Origin: an uncultured Actinomycetota bacterium
Lineage (GTDB): Bacteria > Actinomycetota > Humimicrobiia > Humimicrobiales > Humimicrobiaceae
Direction: 5' to 3'
Length of the DNA stretch: 64,000 nucleotides
Assembly (NCBI GenBank): GCA_964616545.1
Contig: CAZTUA010000012.1
Span: 18,185-82,184, forward strand
Every line of letters starts with the position of its first letter. Position 1 is the first letter of the stretch. The notes under the pieces are model-generated. The model worked only from the letters and a program-made list of their open reading frames with translations, was not told the DNA's origin and did not search any database. Shown piece by piece: positions 38,223 to 48,923 of the stretch. The position numbers were made by a program, and so were the translations under genes.

Positions 38223-39443
38223 TCATAACATATGATTTAATTTATTTTTTTTTGTGGACAGGTATCTTTTATTATTTTTATTGGGCGGGATTGTCAGAGG
38301 TATTCTTTTTGTTATTTTAAGTCCGTAACCTTCAAGACCCACTATTTTTCTCGGGTTATTGGTCATAAGGTGTATCGTAGAGAGGCCGAGGTCAGAGAGA
38401 ATCTGGGCACCTGTGCCGTAATCCCTCAAATCAGCCTCAAACCCGAGATATAAATTTGCCTCAACTGTATCCAGCCCCTTTTCCTGAAGCTCATAAGCCT
38501 TCATTTTATTACATAGCCCTATTCCTCTTCCTTCCTGGGACATATAGAGTAAAACCCCTGAGCCCTTCTTATTTATTTTCTTAAATGCCCTGTCCAGCTG
38601 CTCGCCGCAGTCACATCTTGTTGAGCCAAATGTATCACCGGTAAGACACTGTGAATGGACCCTTACCAGCACATCCTTTTTCCCTTTTATTTCTCCTCTG
38701 ACAAAAGCGATATGAAACTCGGATTGTATGGTTGACCGGTAAGTAATGGCTTTAAATTCACCCCATTTTGTGGGAAGGTTTATTTCGGCCACCTTCTCAA
38801 TAAGCTTCTCTTTTCTTTTTCTGAATCTTATTAATTCTTCTATTGTTATTATCTTTAAGCTGAATTTTTTTGATATCTTTATCAGGTCAGGAAGGAGCGC
38901 AGCCTCGCCGTCTTCTCTTATAACTTCACATATAATCCCGGCGGGATATAGACCGGCTATTTTTGAAAGATCTACCGCGGCCTCTGTATGGCCGGCCCTG
39001 ATAAGAATACCTCCGCTATGTGCACAGAGGGGGAATATATGCCCGGGTACGGATATGTCTCCGGGACCTGTTGAAGAACTAATAAAAGCTTTTATGGTTT
39101 TTACCCTGTCACTGGCAGATATTCCGCTGCCGGTTACCGATTTTGCATTTATAGAAACAGCCAGTGTTCCGGCATTGCTGGAAGAAGGTTCTTCATCACG
39201 TCTAATTATGGGGATCTTTAATTGCTTTAATCTTTCCCTTTCGCAGGGGAGAAAGATTAATCCCCTGGCATGGGTTATAAAAAAATTAATTGAAGCCGGT
39301 ATTACTTTTTCGGCTGCCTGAAAGAACACACCCTCATTATTGGGCGACCTATCATCAACAATAATTATTATTTCCCCCTTTTTTATATCATCTATTACAT
39401 TATCTACGGGGTGAAAATATTTATTTTTATTCTGTGAATCCAT
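38223..39443 (-). CDS. ribBA: RibBA fusion: DHBP synthase domain (degenerate) plus GTP cyclohydrolase II
   Basis: GISASDR, PGHIFPL, RAGHTEA; RVHSQCLTGD, RCDCG, QEGRGIG, TNNPRK. Confidence 0.92.
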   Translation of the reverse strand: MDSQNKNKYFHPVDNVIDDIKKGEIIIIVDDRSPNNEGVFFQAAEKVIPASINFFITHARGLIFLPCERERLKQLKIPIIRRDEEPSSSNAGTLAVSINAKSVTGSGISASDRVKTIKAFISSSTGPGDISVPGHIFPLCAHSGGILIRAGHTEAAVDLSKIAGLYPAGIICEVIREDGEAALLPDLIKISKKFSLKIITIEELIRFRKRKEKLIEKVAEINLPTKWGEFKAITYRSTIQSEFHIAFVRGEIKGKKDVLVRVHSQCLTGDTFGSTRCDCGEQLDRAFKKINKKGSGVLLYMSQEGRGIGLCNKMKAYELQEKGLDTVEANLYLGFEADLRDYGTGAQILSDLGLSTIHLMTNNPRKIVGLEGYGLKITKRIPLTIPPNKNNKRYLSTKKNKLNHML

Positions 39444-40095
39444 ATTCTTTTAATTTCTGCCTGAGTATTTTATCTTTAAATTGTTGTAAATTTATATTTG
39501 AGGCCCTTCCGGATTTCAGAAAATTTACTGCATAACGGGCAAGCATGTCAGCTTCAATGTTTACAATATCGCCACTATGCTTTTCTGAAAGATTTGTATT
39601 TTCAAAGGTATAGGGTATTATTACAACGATGAAATAATCTTTTTGGACCTCCGATATTGTAAGGCTTATGCCGTCAACGGCCACTGAACCGTTAGGAACT
39701 ATGAAATCCTGTATATCCGGAGGAAGCTCCATTTTTATTACATAAGATCTGCCGATTCTGGATACTTGTAAAATTTTTGCCGTACAGTCCACATGACCAT
39801 GTACAAAATGACCACCAAGCTTATCAGAAGCGGCCAGCGAACTCTCCAGATTAACTGTATTACCGGCTCCAGAGTGCCTCAGAGAGGTGTTGTTCAGAGT
39901 GTTAAAAGAAGCATCACAGGAAAAACTATGGCTGTATATATCCTTAACCGTAAGGCACACGCCACTTACAGCTATGGAGTCGCCTTTATGCAGATCTTTT
40001 AAAACTTTCTGGCAGCCGATCTCTAATTCCCTGTCATATGTTTTGTCCTTAATTTCAATTATTCTGCCTGTTTCCTTTATTATTCCAGTAAACAT
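39427..40095 (-). CDS. ribE: Riboflavin synthase
   Basis: MFTGII N-terminus, GVCLT, GGHFVHGHVD, DGISLT. Confidence 0.94.
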   Translation of the reverse strand: MFTGIIKETGRIIEIKDKTYDRELEIGCQKVLKDLHKGDSIAVSGVCLTVKDIYSHSFSCDASFNTLNNTSLRHSGAGNTVNLESSLAASDKLGGHFVHGHVDCTAKILQVSRIGRSYVIKMELPPDIQDFIVPNGSVAVDGISLTISEVQKDYFIVVIIPYTFENTNLSEKHSGDIVNIEADMLARYAVNFLKSGRASNINLQQFKDKILRQKLKEYGFTE

Positions 40096-40109
40096 ATCTC
40101 ATATACCTT

Positions 40110-41279
40110 TTATATATTTTTTTTGAAGGGGTAAGCAATAACAGCAATATCGCTTCCTATCCTTTTTACACTTTCAAATCTTAGATTTATACATTCCTTT
40201 ATTTTGTTTACATTCATATCACCAAACATATCATAGCTGCCATCTCCTCCTATGATTTTAGGAGCAAGGAAAAAAATATACTTATCAATTAGATTTCTCT
40301 TTAAAAAGGAGCCGGTAAGAGCCGGTCCGCTCTCCAGAAGCACAGATGCTATCTGGTATTTATCATGGAGAATTTTAAGAACGCTGAGTATATCAAGACC
40401 TCTTTCTGTCACAGGATCATCTTTTACCGGAATAGTATCAATATCATTGTTCTGAAGTCTTTTTATTTTACCTTTAAGCTCCGGTGCGCTTTTTTTGTTT
40501 ATAAAAATTATCGTCTTTGCCAGACTGGAGGTTTTTACAATATTGGAATCCATGCTAATTCCAAGATTACTGTCAAGAATAACCCTGTAGTATTTTCTGC
40601 CGTGCGGCATATTTATTTCTTTTACGGGACCATCCAGATTTCTTCTGGGCAGAAGATACGGGTTATCATTCCGGATAGTATTTATCCCGGTCAGGATGCA
40701 ACCGTATTCACTGCGCATTTTCTGAACATGGATCCTTGATTTTTCTGATGTTATCCATTTTGAATCGGAAGTTTTTGTGGCTAATTTCCCATCAATACTG
40801 GAAGCTATTTTACAGCAGACAAAGGGGATTCCGGTTTTTATTTGCTTGAAAAAAACTTCATTCTGGCGTTCTATCCTATCTTTTAGAAGACCAGTCTTTA
40901 CGATAAGACCCGCTTTCTTTAAAACCCTGATTCCTTTTCCGTTTACAAGAGGATTCGGGTCAATACAGCCAATAATTATTTCTTTAAAATTATGCTTTAA
41001 TATCTCTTCTGTGCAGGGAGGTGTTTTACCCTGAAAATTGCACGGCTCAAGTGTTACATACATTTTTGAATTATCAATGGGCTGTTTGCAATTATTTATA
41101 GCCTCTATTTCAGCATGGGGAAGCCCGGCCATACGATGATGCCCGGATGATATAATTTTACCGTTTTTTACAATAACAGTACCAACCATGGGATTTGGAT
41201 TGGTCTTCCCTCTTCCTTTTTCGGCAAGCCTTATGGCCTTCTTCATGTAATATATGTCTTCTCTGCTAAAATTATCCAT
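40110..41279 (-). CDS. ribD: Riboflavin deaminase/reductase
   Basis: PNPMVG, HAE, TLEPC..TPPC, SKWIT, reductase domain. Confidence 0.95.
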   Translation of the reverse strand: MDNFSREDIYYMKKAIRLAEKGRGKTNPNPMVGTVIVKNGKIISSGHHRMAGLPHAEIEAINNCKQPIDNSKMYVTLEPCNFQGKTPPCTEEILKHNFKEIIIGCIDPNPLVNGKGIRVLKKAGLIVKTGLLKDRIERQNEVFFKQIKTGIPFVCCKIASSIDGKLATKTSDSKWITSEKSRIHVQKMRSEYGCILTGINTIRNDNPYLLPRRNLDGPVKEINMPHGRKYYRVILDSNLGISMDSNIVKTSSLAKTIIFINKKSAPELKGKIKRLQNNDIDTIPVKDDPVTERGLDILSVLKILHDKYQIASVLLESGPALTGSFLKRNLIDKYIFFLAPKIIGGDGSYDMFGDMNVNKIKECINLRFESVKRIGSDIAVIAYPFKKNI

Positions 41280-41311
41280 TGTTAAAAATAATATCCTTTA
41301 AAACACCGGTT

Positions 41312-41343
41312 AAATAAAAAGCCATGGAGAAAATCCATGGCTT
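41312..41343 (-). terminator. Intrinsic terminator of the FMN riboswitch expression platform
   Basis: Minus strand AAGCCATGGA-TTTTC-TCCATGGCTT followed by TTTATTT, between the aptamer and ribD. Confidence 0.8.
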
Positions 41344-41360
41344 AATATTAAAAGTCATAA

Positions 41361-41480
41361 ATTTCCTCCCATCCAGACTATAACTGTCGGTCTTAGAATT
41401 ACACTAAGTCAGCCTGCCTGATGCTGGCAGGGTTGCGGACTTTTACCGCCGGTAAGGAATTTCACCTGTCCCCGAAAATT
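41361..41480 (-). ncRNA. FMN riboswitch (RFN element)
   Basis: Minus strand TTCGGGGACAGGTGAAATTCCTTACCGGCGGT...GACCGACAGTTATAGTCTGGATGGGAGGAAA, upstream of ribD. Confidence 0.95.
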
Positions 41481-41677
41481 TACTAATAAATTTTAAATTT
41501 TCAAACAACTTAAAAAATTGTATATAGAATATACTAAAAATATAACAAAATGCAAGTTTTTTCCGGGTATAATGTAAAATTTACCAGGCACATATAAAAT
41601 GTAAGTTTCTAAAAACATAAATTCACTTTAATTTTATGCTATAATCCATATTGAAATTAAAGAAGGGATAAAAGATT

Positions 41678-42385
41678 ATGGGAAATAAAGATAATTCAAT
41701 AAAAATTTCTACCTCTATTTTAAACAGCAACCTTGCAAACATAGCCAGCGAAATTAAAAAAATAGAGAATACAGGAGCAGAAATGCTTCACATAGATGTC
41801 ATGGATGGGAGCTTTGTACCAAACCTGACTATCGGCCCGCCTGTTATAAAGTGCATAAGAAAAGAAACCAGGCTTTTTATGGATGTGCACCTTATGATTA
41901 AAGAACCCGACAGACTGCTTGACAGCTTCATTGAAAGCGGAGCCGACCTTCTGAATGTACAGGCAGAAGAATGCCCCCATCTTGACCGCACGCTTAATTA
42001 CATAAAACAGGCTGGGAAAAAAGCGGCAGTAGCTTTAAACCCGTCAACCCCCCTGTGCTATATAGAAAATGTACTGCACCTTGCAGACATGGTACTGATT
42101 ATGACAGTCAATCCGGGGTTCGGGGGCCAGAAATTTATACCCGGTATGGTTTATAAGATAGAAAAACTAAAAAAAATGATTGAAGATTACAAAAAATATT
42201 CTCCAAATCCGGAAAAGAATATTGATATAGAAGTTGACGGCGGAATCAATATTGATACAGCACCGGTTGTTGCGCGAGCAGGGGCCAGCGTTCTTGTTAT
42301 AGGAAAAGCATTATTTGATTCAAAAAACCCGTCTGAGTATATAAGCAGGGTAAGAGAAAAAGTATCAGATACCATAAGGGCATAA
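41678..42385 (+). CDS. rpe: Ribulose-phosphate 3-epimerase
   Basis: HIDVMDG.FVPN, DVHLM, MTVNPGFGGQ, EVDGG. Confidence 0.95.
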   Translation: MGNKDNSIKISTSILNSNLANIASEIKKIENTGAEMLHIDVMDGSFVPNLTIGPPVIKCIRKETRLFMDVHLMIKEPDRLLDSFIESGADLLNVQAEECPHLDRTLNYIKQAGKKAAVALNPSTPLCYIENVLHLADMVLIMTVNPGFGGQKFIPGMVYKIEKLKKMIEDYKKYSPNPEKNIDIEVDGGINIDTAPVVARAGASVLVIGKALFDSKNPSEYISRVREKVSDTIRA

Positions 42386-42470
42386 TCCTAAATTTTTTTT
42401 ATCAGGTAAAAATATCTAAGAATATAATCAAAAATAAAGTTTTATAAAAATTTGAGTGGAGGCGATATCA

Positions 42471-42551
42471 ATGAAAAGGTTTCTGGTATTTATGCTGGCA
42501 ACTGGTATAGCTTTTTCATTTTTACTGCTCAACTTTTTGCTTTTACAGTAG
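42471..42551 (+). other. 26-aa hydrophobic small ORF or signal peptide of a decayed gene
   Basis: GGAGG SD, then MKRFLVFMLATGIAFSFLLLNFLLLQ*; the frame continues through several stops. Confidence 0.4.
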
Positions 42552-42737
42552 ATGGCGGGGATACAGTTAAGTGTAACAGCAGATATTAAAGATGATTTAA
42601 TTATTGCAGAGGGTAAATAATCAGGTGCGCCAGCCCGGTAATCGGCAGAGGCCTCGTTATGGGAGGTATCATTCAGTTATAATGATAATGACCCGTATAT
42701 GGATTGCATAAATTTATAAAAAAACTATAAAAATGTG

Positions 42738-42780
42738 AAAAAAAATAGCCCAGTATTTTAAAAAAAGGGCTATTTTTTTT
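42738..42780. terminator. Bidirectional intrinsic terminator
   Basis: AAAAAAAATAGCCC...GGGCTATTTTTTTT just past the ferredoxin stop. Confidence 0.7.
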
Positions 42781-42801
42781 ATTTAATGTTTATGGCGAAA
42801 G

Positions 42802-42993
42802 TTAGTCTGCAGATATAGCTTCGGTCGGGCAGCTCTCTATAGCTTCTTCGATGCATTCTTCGTCATTCTCGTCATAGTCAGTTTTTATAACCTCTGCAAT
42901 ATCTTCATCTTCGTTTAATTTAAAGATGTCGGGACATGTTTCTTCACATAATCCGCATCCGGTACAGAGCTCTTTATCTATTTTTACTTCCAT
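42802..42993 (-). CDS. Single-cluster ferredoxin
   Basis: CTGCGLCEETCP...SCPTEAI; acidic, 63 aa from ATG 42993. Confidence 0.92.
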   Translation of the reverse strand: MEVKIDKELCTGCGLCEETCPDIFKLNEDEDIAEVIKTDYDENDEECIEEAIESCPTEAISAD

Positions 42994-43220
42994 TGAGTTC
43001 CTTTCTATTTTTTTCATTGCAATATTGTTATGTAATATACAAAATTTTTATTACCATTTCAATAAAAAAGTTTTTATTAAAATTAAAGGAACAGTTATCG
43101 TTTAAAACATTGAGTTTATTGACTACCGGATAGAGGATTGTTATTATTTTCTGGTTAAACAGGAGACTTATATTTAAATATATGTCAAAAACATAATGAG
43201 CTGGAATAATCTTTTGACGC

Positions 43221-43844
43221 ATGGAAGATATATTAAAAATTTCACTGCCAGGAGAGTTTTATAATAGAGATACTTCAGAAGTAGCAGCGGGCCTGCTCGG
43301 AAAAGCTCTGGTTAAATATTCGGGCCGGGAAATAGTGGGAGGTTTAATCGTAGAAACAGAGGCTTATTACGGACAGGAAGACCCTGCCAGCCATGCTTAC
43401 GGCGGGAAGACACCCAGAAGTGGAATAATGTTCGGAAAACCCGGGATAGCCTATGTCTATTTATGCTATGGAATGTACTATCTGTTGAATATTGTTACAG
43501 AAAGTGAAGGAAACCCGGGAGCAGTTTTAATAAGAGCGCTGGAACCGGTATGGGGCATTGATATTATGAAACGGAGAAGAAAAAAAGCCTGCAGCCTTGC
43601 TGATGGACCGGGGAGGCTAACGATGGCGCTGGGTATAGATAAAAATGATAACGGGGCCGATATTGTAAATGGTGAAAAGGGATTATATGTGTTTGAGTCC
43701 AGCAAAGAGAAAAATTCTGGAAAAGAATATAATGCAATAGAATATAATAATCATGAAGTTATCAGGACTTCAAGGATTGGAATAAAGAAGGGCAGTGAAA
43801 TGCCGCTTAGATTTCTGCTTCATAAAAAAAGAAATTATAATTGA
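43221..43844 (+). CDS. mpg: 3-methyladenine DNA glycosylase (Mpg/AAG family)
   Basis: IVETEAY...DPASH, YVYLCYGM, AVLIRALEP, GPGRL, RIGI. Confidence 0.92.
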   Translation: MEDILKISLPGEFYNRDTSEVAAGLLGKALVKYSGREIVGGLIVETEAYYGQEDPASHAYGGKTPRSGIMFGKPGIAYVYLCYGMYYLLNIVTESEGNPGAVLIRALEPVWGIDIMKRRRKKACSLADGPGRLTMALGIDKNDNGADIVNGEKGLYVFESSKEKNSGKEYNAIEYNNHEVIRTSRIGIKKGSEMPLRFLLHKKRNYN

Positions 43845-43990
43845 AGAAATAATTTTAAAAATTTAAAAAATCTGTTACTAACTAAAAAAAATGCTTTATA
43901 ATTGTTTGATAGCGGCTGATTTTTCTAAAAAGCTATAAATTTTAAATGACTATGCTAAAACAAAGAGCCTGTTTAAAGGGAGCGGAGATT

Positions 43991-44419
43991 ATGAATACAA
44001 TAAACTTTAAAAAAATAAATAGGATGCCTTATATTACCAGAAGGATGTATATTATTAAGAAAGTATGCGAATTAGAGAAAATTGACCTGGAATATTTATT
44101 TGGCCTTTTTAATCTATATAATAAAAGAAATAGCGGAAGGTGGTTCTGGCAGAAGGCAACTTTCACAGGGGCGCTTAAAGAAAGCTATGATAGTTTTAAT
44201 GCAGAGATAGACAAAATTGTAAAAGACTTAAAAAAGGAAGATGAAGAAAAGACAGAAGAACAGATAAAAGCCGCTTCTGCAGTACTGGACAGGCTCCTGG
44301 TTAATATGGAAACCAACTGCAATGTTGATAGAATAAAAGATCTAAATATGGTTAAAGAAAATCTGGGGGAAAATTTTAAGCAGTTGATCGATGACAGTTT
44401 ATACAGGAAATTAAGATAA
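43991..44419 (+). CDS. Hypothetical helical protein
   Basis: 142-aa ORF after a GGAG SD; no family recognised. Confidence 0.7.
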   Translation: MNTINFKKINRMPYITRRMYIIKKVCELEKIDLEYLFGLFNLYNKRNSGRWFWQKATFTGALKESYDSFNAEIDKIVKDLKKEDEEKTEEQIKAASAVLDRLLVNMETNCNVDRIKDLNMVKENLGENFKQLIDDSLYRKLR

Positions 44420-44445
44420 TACTTAATAAATATAAATCAGGGCTT

Positions 44446-45852
44446 TTAATTATTAACTATAGAGTATTCAAATAAATACCCCTGCTCTTCTTCAAATACA
44501 ATATCTCCATAATAGGGAAGAATATCCACATTGCCGGACTCCAGTGCTATCTCATATTTTCCAGAATTAATTTCTATCTCACCGGCAGAATTTTTTTCCA
44601 GCTCTTCTGTTCTGTATTCAGAACCTTTTAAATATATGGTTAAATCAAATTCTGTATTATTCTCTATTACAAGCATGCTCCTTTCAGGCCCCCGGAAACT
44701 GCGTGAAGGAGCGGGTTGTTCAAATAAATTATAATCGGAAGAAGAAATTAATTTTAGCTTCGAGTCAATCAAAAGAGGGTTTATTTCCCCTTCCATCCCG
44801 GGGTTCTTTTCGGTAATTATCTCACAGACAAATACAGATTTTTTGTATTCACCGCTATTATATTTTTCCCTGGCAATTCTTTTAAGGACATCAGTGGAAA
44901 TATTTGAAAATATTAACAATTTATGATGGTCATTAACGCTGCCATAATCATAATTAAGAGCATCTATATCCAGAACTTTTAAGAACTCTTCCACACCCTC
45001 AATGTAATTGCAGGCCTGTATTAATTCTTTGGATTTGTTGATATATGTATGCGAAAGAAGAAAACTGGCATCAAGAAAATATTTACTTTCATTGTAATCA
45101 CTAACAATTATTTCAAGACATTCTATAGACCTGTCCCAGTTTTCGACTTTATTGAAACTCAACGCCGCTTTATAAAGATACTCGGGGATTTTATGTATGG
45201 AAATAAAAGCCTCATTGGTATCTGGAAAATTATTCTTAATATCTTCAAGCACATTAACGGCCTTAAAATAATTATCGGCAGAATAATCGTATGCATCATT
45301 TGTATAGTATTCTTCAGCTAATTTTACATGGCACTCTTCGAGGGCTTTTTTTATTTCAAGGTCATCATCGCTAAGTAGCCCCATTTCTATTGCCTCATTA
45401 AAACTGCTGATGGCTTCTTTATAATCTCTGTTATAAAAATAGGCAAAAGAAATATTTTCAAGAGCGGGACCTGCATAGCGGCTGTTAGGGTAATTATCAA
45501 GGAGATCTCTGTAATGATTTATGGACTGTTCGTAATTTTTATTATCAAAACTTTCTTCCGCATAGCGGCTTAATGCAGAAGGACCGAAAAAATTGAACAG
45601 TATCAGCCCTGTAACAGAAAGCAAAAAAAATAAGATAAAGAAAAAGCTTCCTTTTGTCCTCCTCGCGAAGTTAACGATTATGAATATAAGACTTATTACT
45701 GTTGCCGGTATGCAGATAAAAGGTAAAAAATCCCAGAACTTTCCCCTGTCCGCATAAGAAAGATATACGACTCCTGCGGAAGCAAGCATAAAGAGAATTA
45801 TAAAAAAAATTGAACCTGCATCAATTCTGGATTTTTTTCTATATATATACAT
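44446..45852 (-). CDS. Membrane-anchored TPR protein
   Basis: Three N-terminal TM helices, TPR-like repeats (YEQSINHYRDLLDNYPNSRY), C-terminal beta-rich domain. Confidence 0.8.
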   Translation of the reverse strand: MYIYRKKSRIDAGSIFFIILFMLASAGVVYLSYADRGKFWDFLPFICIPATVISLIFIIVNFARRTKGSFFFILFFLLSVTGLILFNFFGPSALSRYAEESFDNKNYEQSINHYRDLLDNYPNSRYAGPALENISFAYFYNRDYKEAISSFNEAIEMGLLSDDDLEIKKALEECHVKLAEEYYTNDAYDYSADNYFKAVNVLEDIKNNFPDTNEAFISIHKIPEYLYKAALSFNKVENWDRSIECLEIIVSDYNESKYFLDASFLLSHTYINKSKELIQACNYIEGVEEFLKVLDIDALNYDYGSVNDHHKLLIFSNISTDVLKRIAREKYNSGEYKKSVFVCEIITEKNPGMEGEINPLLIDSKLKLISSSDYNLFEQPAPSRSFRGPERSMLVIENNTEFDLTIYLKGSEYRTEELEKNSAGEIEINSGKYEIALESGNVDILPYYGDIVFEEEQGYLFEYSIVNN

Positions 45853-46028
45853 AAAATTAAATTTATGATGTTAGTTCTAAAAAATATTAACATAAAAATA
45901 ATATATTGAAAGTGAAAACTCAATATATTTGTTTAATATTAATAAATTATCGGTAAGAAGTACATAGAGCACGATTATATGTACGGACTTAATCCGGGCA
46001 AATATGCTTGTTTAAAAAGATCTGGTGG

Positions 46029-46583
46029 TCAGGCCTTTTCAAGCTGCATTAAAAGGGTATCCCAGTATTTTCCGTTATAAAAATGATTTTTACTTTCAAA
46101 CCCCGTCAATTTAAATCCGCATTTCCTATATGCTTTTATTGCCCGGCGGTTATACCTGTAAACATTTAAATGAATGCTTTTAAGATTTAGTTTATGAAAT
46201 GCAAATTCTGCAATGGTTTTTACCACATCGGAACCATAACCTTTGTTCCAGTAGTTCTTATCGCCAATTACAATACCCATTTCGCATTTCTTTTTTTCCC
46301 AGTCAATTTTATGCAGTGCGCAGTTGCCAATGTATTGTCTGGAACCTTTATCTTCAATAGCAAATACGACATCATTGCTGGAGTTCTGGACAAATTCAAA
46401 CCACTTTAGCTCCTGTTCTTCAGTATAGTCGCGGAAGTTATGACTGAGATACATATTAACAGAAGGGTCTTTTAACCACATCAGAGACTTTTTAAGGTCT
46501 TTTTCTGCCAGTGCTCTCAGGTTAGTCTTTGCGCCGTAAATTTTTGATATGTATAAATTATTTAAAAACTTTTTACCTGACAA
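46029..46583 (-). CDS. GNAT N-acetyltransferase (RimJ/RimL family)
   Basis: YWNKGYGS acetyl-CoA motif, NRRAIKAYRKCGF. Confidence 0.9.
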   Translation of the reverse strand: MSGKKFLNNLYISKIYGAKTNLRALAEKDLKKSLMWLKDPSVNMYLSHNFRDYTEEQELKWFEFVQNSSNDVVFAIEDKGSRQYIGNCALHKIDWEKKKCEMGIVIGDKNYWNKGYGSDVVKTIAEFAFHKLNLKSIHLNVYRYNRRAIKAYRKCGFKLTGFESKNHFYNGKYWDTLLMQLEKA

Positions 46584-46613
46584 TATTGCATTCCGCTCTT
46601 TATTTTTTTATTT

Positions 46614-47375
46614 CTATTTGCCAAGCCTGTCCATGAAAGTCTCAATAAGATCAACCGGAACAGGGAATACGATGGTGGAATTCTGCTCGGCTGCTATTTC
46701 CTTTAAAGTCTGGAGAAATCTTAGTTGCACAGATACGGGATATTTACTCAATATCTTTGCTGCTTCAGATAGTCTTTCAGAAGCCTGGAATTCTCCCTCG
46801 GCATTGATTATTTTTGCTCTTCTTTCTCTTTCGGCTTCGGCCTGTCTTGCGAATGCTCTCTGTATTGACTGCGGCAGCTCAACATCTTTAATTTCAACAG
46901 TAGAAACTTTTACTCCCCAGGGGTCCGTTTGTTCATCTATTATTTTTTGCAGTTCCTGATTAATTTTATCCCTTCTGGCAAGAAGGTCATCCAGTTCGGC
47001 CTGTCCGAGTATGCTTCTTAGTGTGGTCTGTGCTATCTGTGATGTAGCAACCATATATCTTTCTATCTTAACCACGCTTTTAGCAGGGTCCATGACCCTG
47101 AAATATACCACGGCATTTACTTTTACCGGGACATTATCTTTTGTTATTATATCCTGCGGCGGTACATCCATGGTAATGGTTCTGAGGTCTACTCTGACCA
47201 TTTTATCCACAAAAGGAATTATTATTATTATGCCAGGCCCCTTGACCCCTCTTAATCTTCCAAATCTGAATATTACTCCTCTTTCATATTCCTTTAAAAT
47301 CTTAATAGCCGAGATCAGCAGTATCAGCACAATTAATATGCCGAATATTACCGGTATTAATGAACCTACTGTCAT
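46614..47375 (-). CDS. SPFH/slipin (stomatin-like) protein
   Basis: [38 protein letters not shown]. Confidence 0.95.
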   Translation of the reverse strand: MTVGSLIPVIFGILIVLILLISAIKILKEYERGVIFRFGRLRGVKGPGIIIIIPFVDKMVRVDLRTITMDVPPQDIITKDNVPVKVNAVVYFRVMDPAKSVVKIERYMVATSQIAQTTLRSILGQAELDDLLARRDKINQELQKIIDEQTDPWGVKVSTVEIKDVELPQSIQRAFARQAEAERERRAKIINAEGEFQASERLSEAAKILSKYPVSVQLRFLQTLKEIAAEQNSTIVFPVPVDLIETFMDRLGK

Positions 47376-47376
47376 G

Positions 47377-48771
47377 TTAGCCTCCCTTTTTATTTTTTTG
47401 TTTATTATTTATTAATAAGTTTACCTTCAGGGTTAAACCTTCTAAAGATATTATTTTAACTGTCTGCCCCTTTTTAATTTTACTTCCGTCAGCTGATACC
47501 GCCTTCCAGATTTCTCCCGATACCTTAACCAGGCCTTCAGGGTCTAAATCTTTTAAAACCGCTGCTGTTTCCCCGATGATCCCTTCCTCGCCGGTGGCTG
47601 GTTTCATTCTATGGACTCTATAGACAGCTCTGATTATAATAATCAGGAAACCGGAAACGACAATAGAAGCAGCTATTATAAGGCTTCTGGCTATCCTGAG
47701 ATAAGGAGCGCCCGTATCAATCAGTAGAAAAGACCCTATAATAAGCGAACTTACACCTGCTATTGACAGTATACCACCAAGACCCAGTGCAATATCAAGT
47801 ATAAATAAAATTATGGCCAGTATTATAAGAGCCAGCCCTGCGTAATTTATCGGAAGAATACTGAATGAATAAAACGCAAGAATAAGAAGTAGAACACCCA
47901 CGGCCCCCGAAACCCCCAGTCCCGGCTGGGAAAATTCATAAATTATCCCAAATATTCCTAAGATAAATAATATATAGGCAATATTCGGATTGACGATAAT
48001 ATGGAGAAACTGTGTAATAAAATTCATTTCAATTTCTTCAGCGGTACCTGCACCGGTATTAATAAAGAAACTCTTATCTGATTTTTTTATTGTCATGCCA
48101 TTTATTTCTTTAAGAAGCTCCTCTATATTTTGAACACTGAGGTCGATTACTCCCAGCCTGAGAGCTTCTTCTGCTGTAATGGAAACACTTTCTCTTACTG
48201 CCATTTCGGCCCACTCAGCATTACGTCCTCTGGAAACTGCCAGGTTTTTAATATAGGAAATGGAATCATTTGTTACCTTATCAAGCATATCCCCTGATGA
48301 TTGTCCTTCCCCCCCCAGGTTTACGGGATGTGCGGCTCCAATTGTGGTAAATGGTGCCATAACAGCCAGGTCGGATGCATAAGTTATAAATGTACCGGCA
48401 GAAGCTGCTCTTGCACCTTCGGGATAGACAAATACTATAACAGGGATATCTGTATTAAGAATATCAGTTATAATTTCTCTCATGGATGCTTCAAGCCCGC
48501 CCGGGGTATCCATTAATATAATAAGGCCGTAACCGGAATCAGAAGATTTTTCAAGGCAACGGGCTATAAAGTTTGAAATAGGGGGACTTATTATTCCCTC
48601 AATTGTGCTGATATAAAAATTATTTATTTCTAAAGAAATTCCAATGTCACTATCATTGCCCATGCCGGTGTTGCCCGTGTCCTCCGGAAAGATTTCCCCT
48701 GCGGGCATAATTACAAGAAGTAATGTGATAAATATCAGTATAATTAAATATTTAGTGATATTCTTTTGCAT
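47377..48771 (-). CDS. nfeD: NfeD-family membrane serine protease
   Basis: DTPGG, AASAG, IGAAHPV, C-terminal OB domain (GEIWKA); adjacent to the slipin gene. Confidence 0.9.
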   Translation of the reverse strand: MQKNITKYLIILIFITLLLVIMPAGEIFPEDTGNTGMGNDSDIGISLEINNFYISTIEGIISPPISNFIARCLEKSSDSGYGLIILMDTPGGLEASMREIITDILNTDIPVIVFVYPEGARAASAGTFITYASDLAVMAPFTTIGAAHPVNLGGEGQSSGDMLDKVTNDSISYIKNLAVSRGRNAEWAEMAVRESVSITAEEALRLGVIDLSVQNIEELLKEINGMTIKKSDKSFFINTGAGTAEEIEMNFITQFLHIIVNPNIAYILFILGIFGIIYEFSQPGLGVSGAVGVLLLILAFYSFSILPINYAGLALIILAIILFILDIALGLGGILSIAGVSSLIIGSFLLIDTGAPYLRIARSLIIAASIVVSGFLIIIIRAVYRVHRMKPATGEEGIIGETAAVLKDLDPEGLVKVSGEIWKAVSADGSKIKKGQTVKIISLEGLTLKVNLLINNKQKNKKGG

Positions 48772-48923
48772 AAGATACAGCCATTTGATTAATTTAGTTG
48801 TATTGAAAATATTTTTACAATATCATTATACTATAAAGTGCCTGAAGGTTAGAGTATTTCATAAAAAAGAAGAATAATTTTATACGATAACTTATTATTC
48901 ACTGATTAAACCGGAGGATAAAA

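Noticed and set aside
41950-41975. Rpe NVQAE in place of the usual H.E motif
   Set aside because: The metal ligands (HxD, DVH, VDGG) are intact, so the enzyme is probably active.
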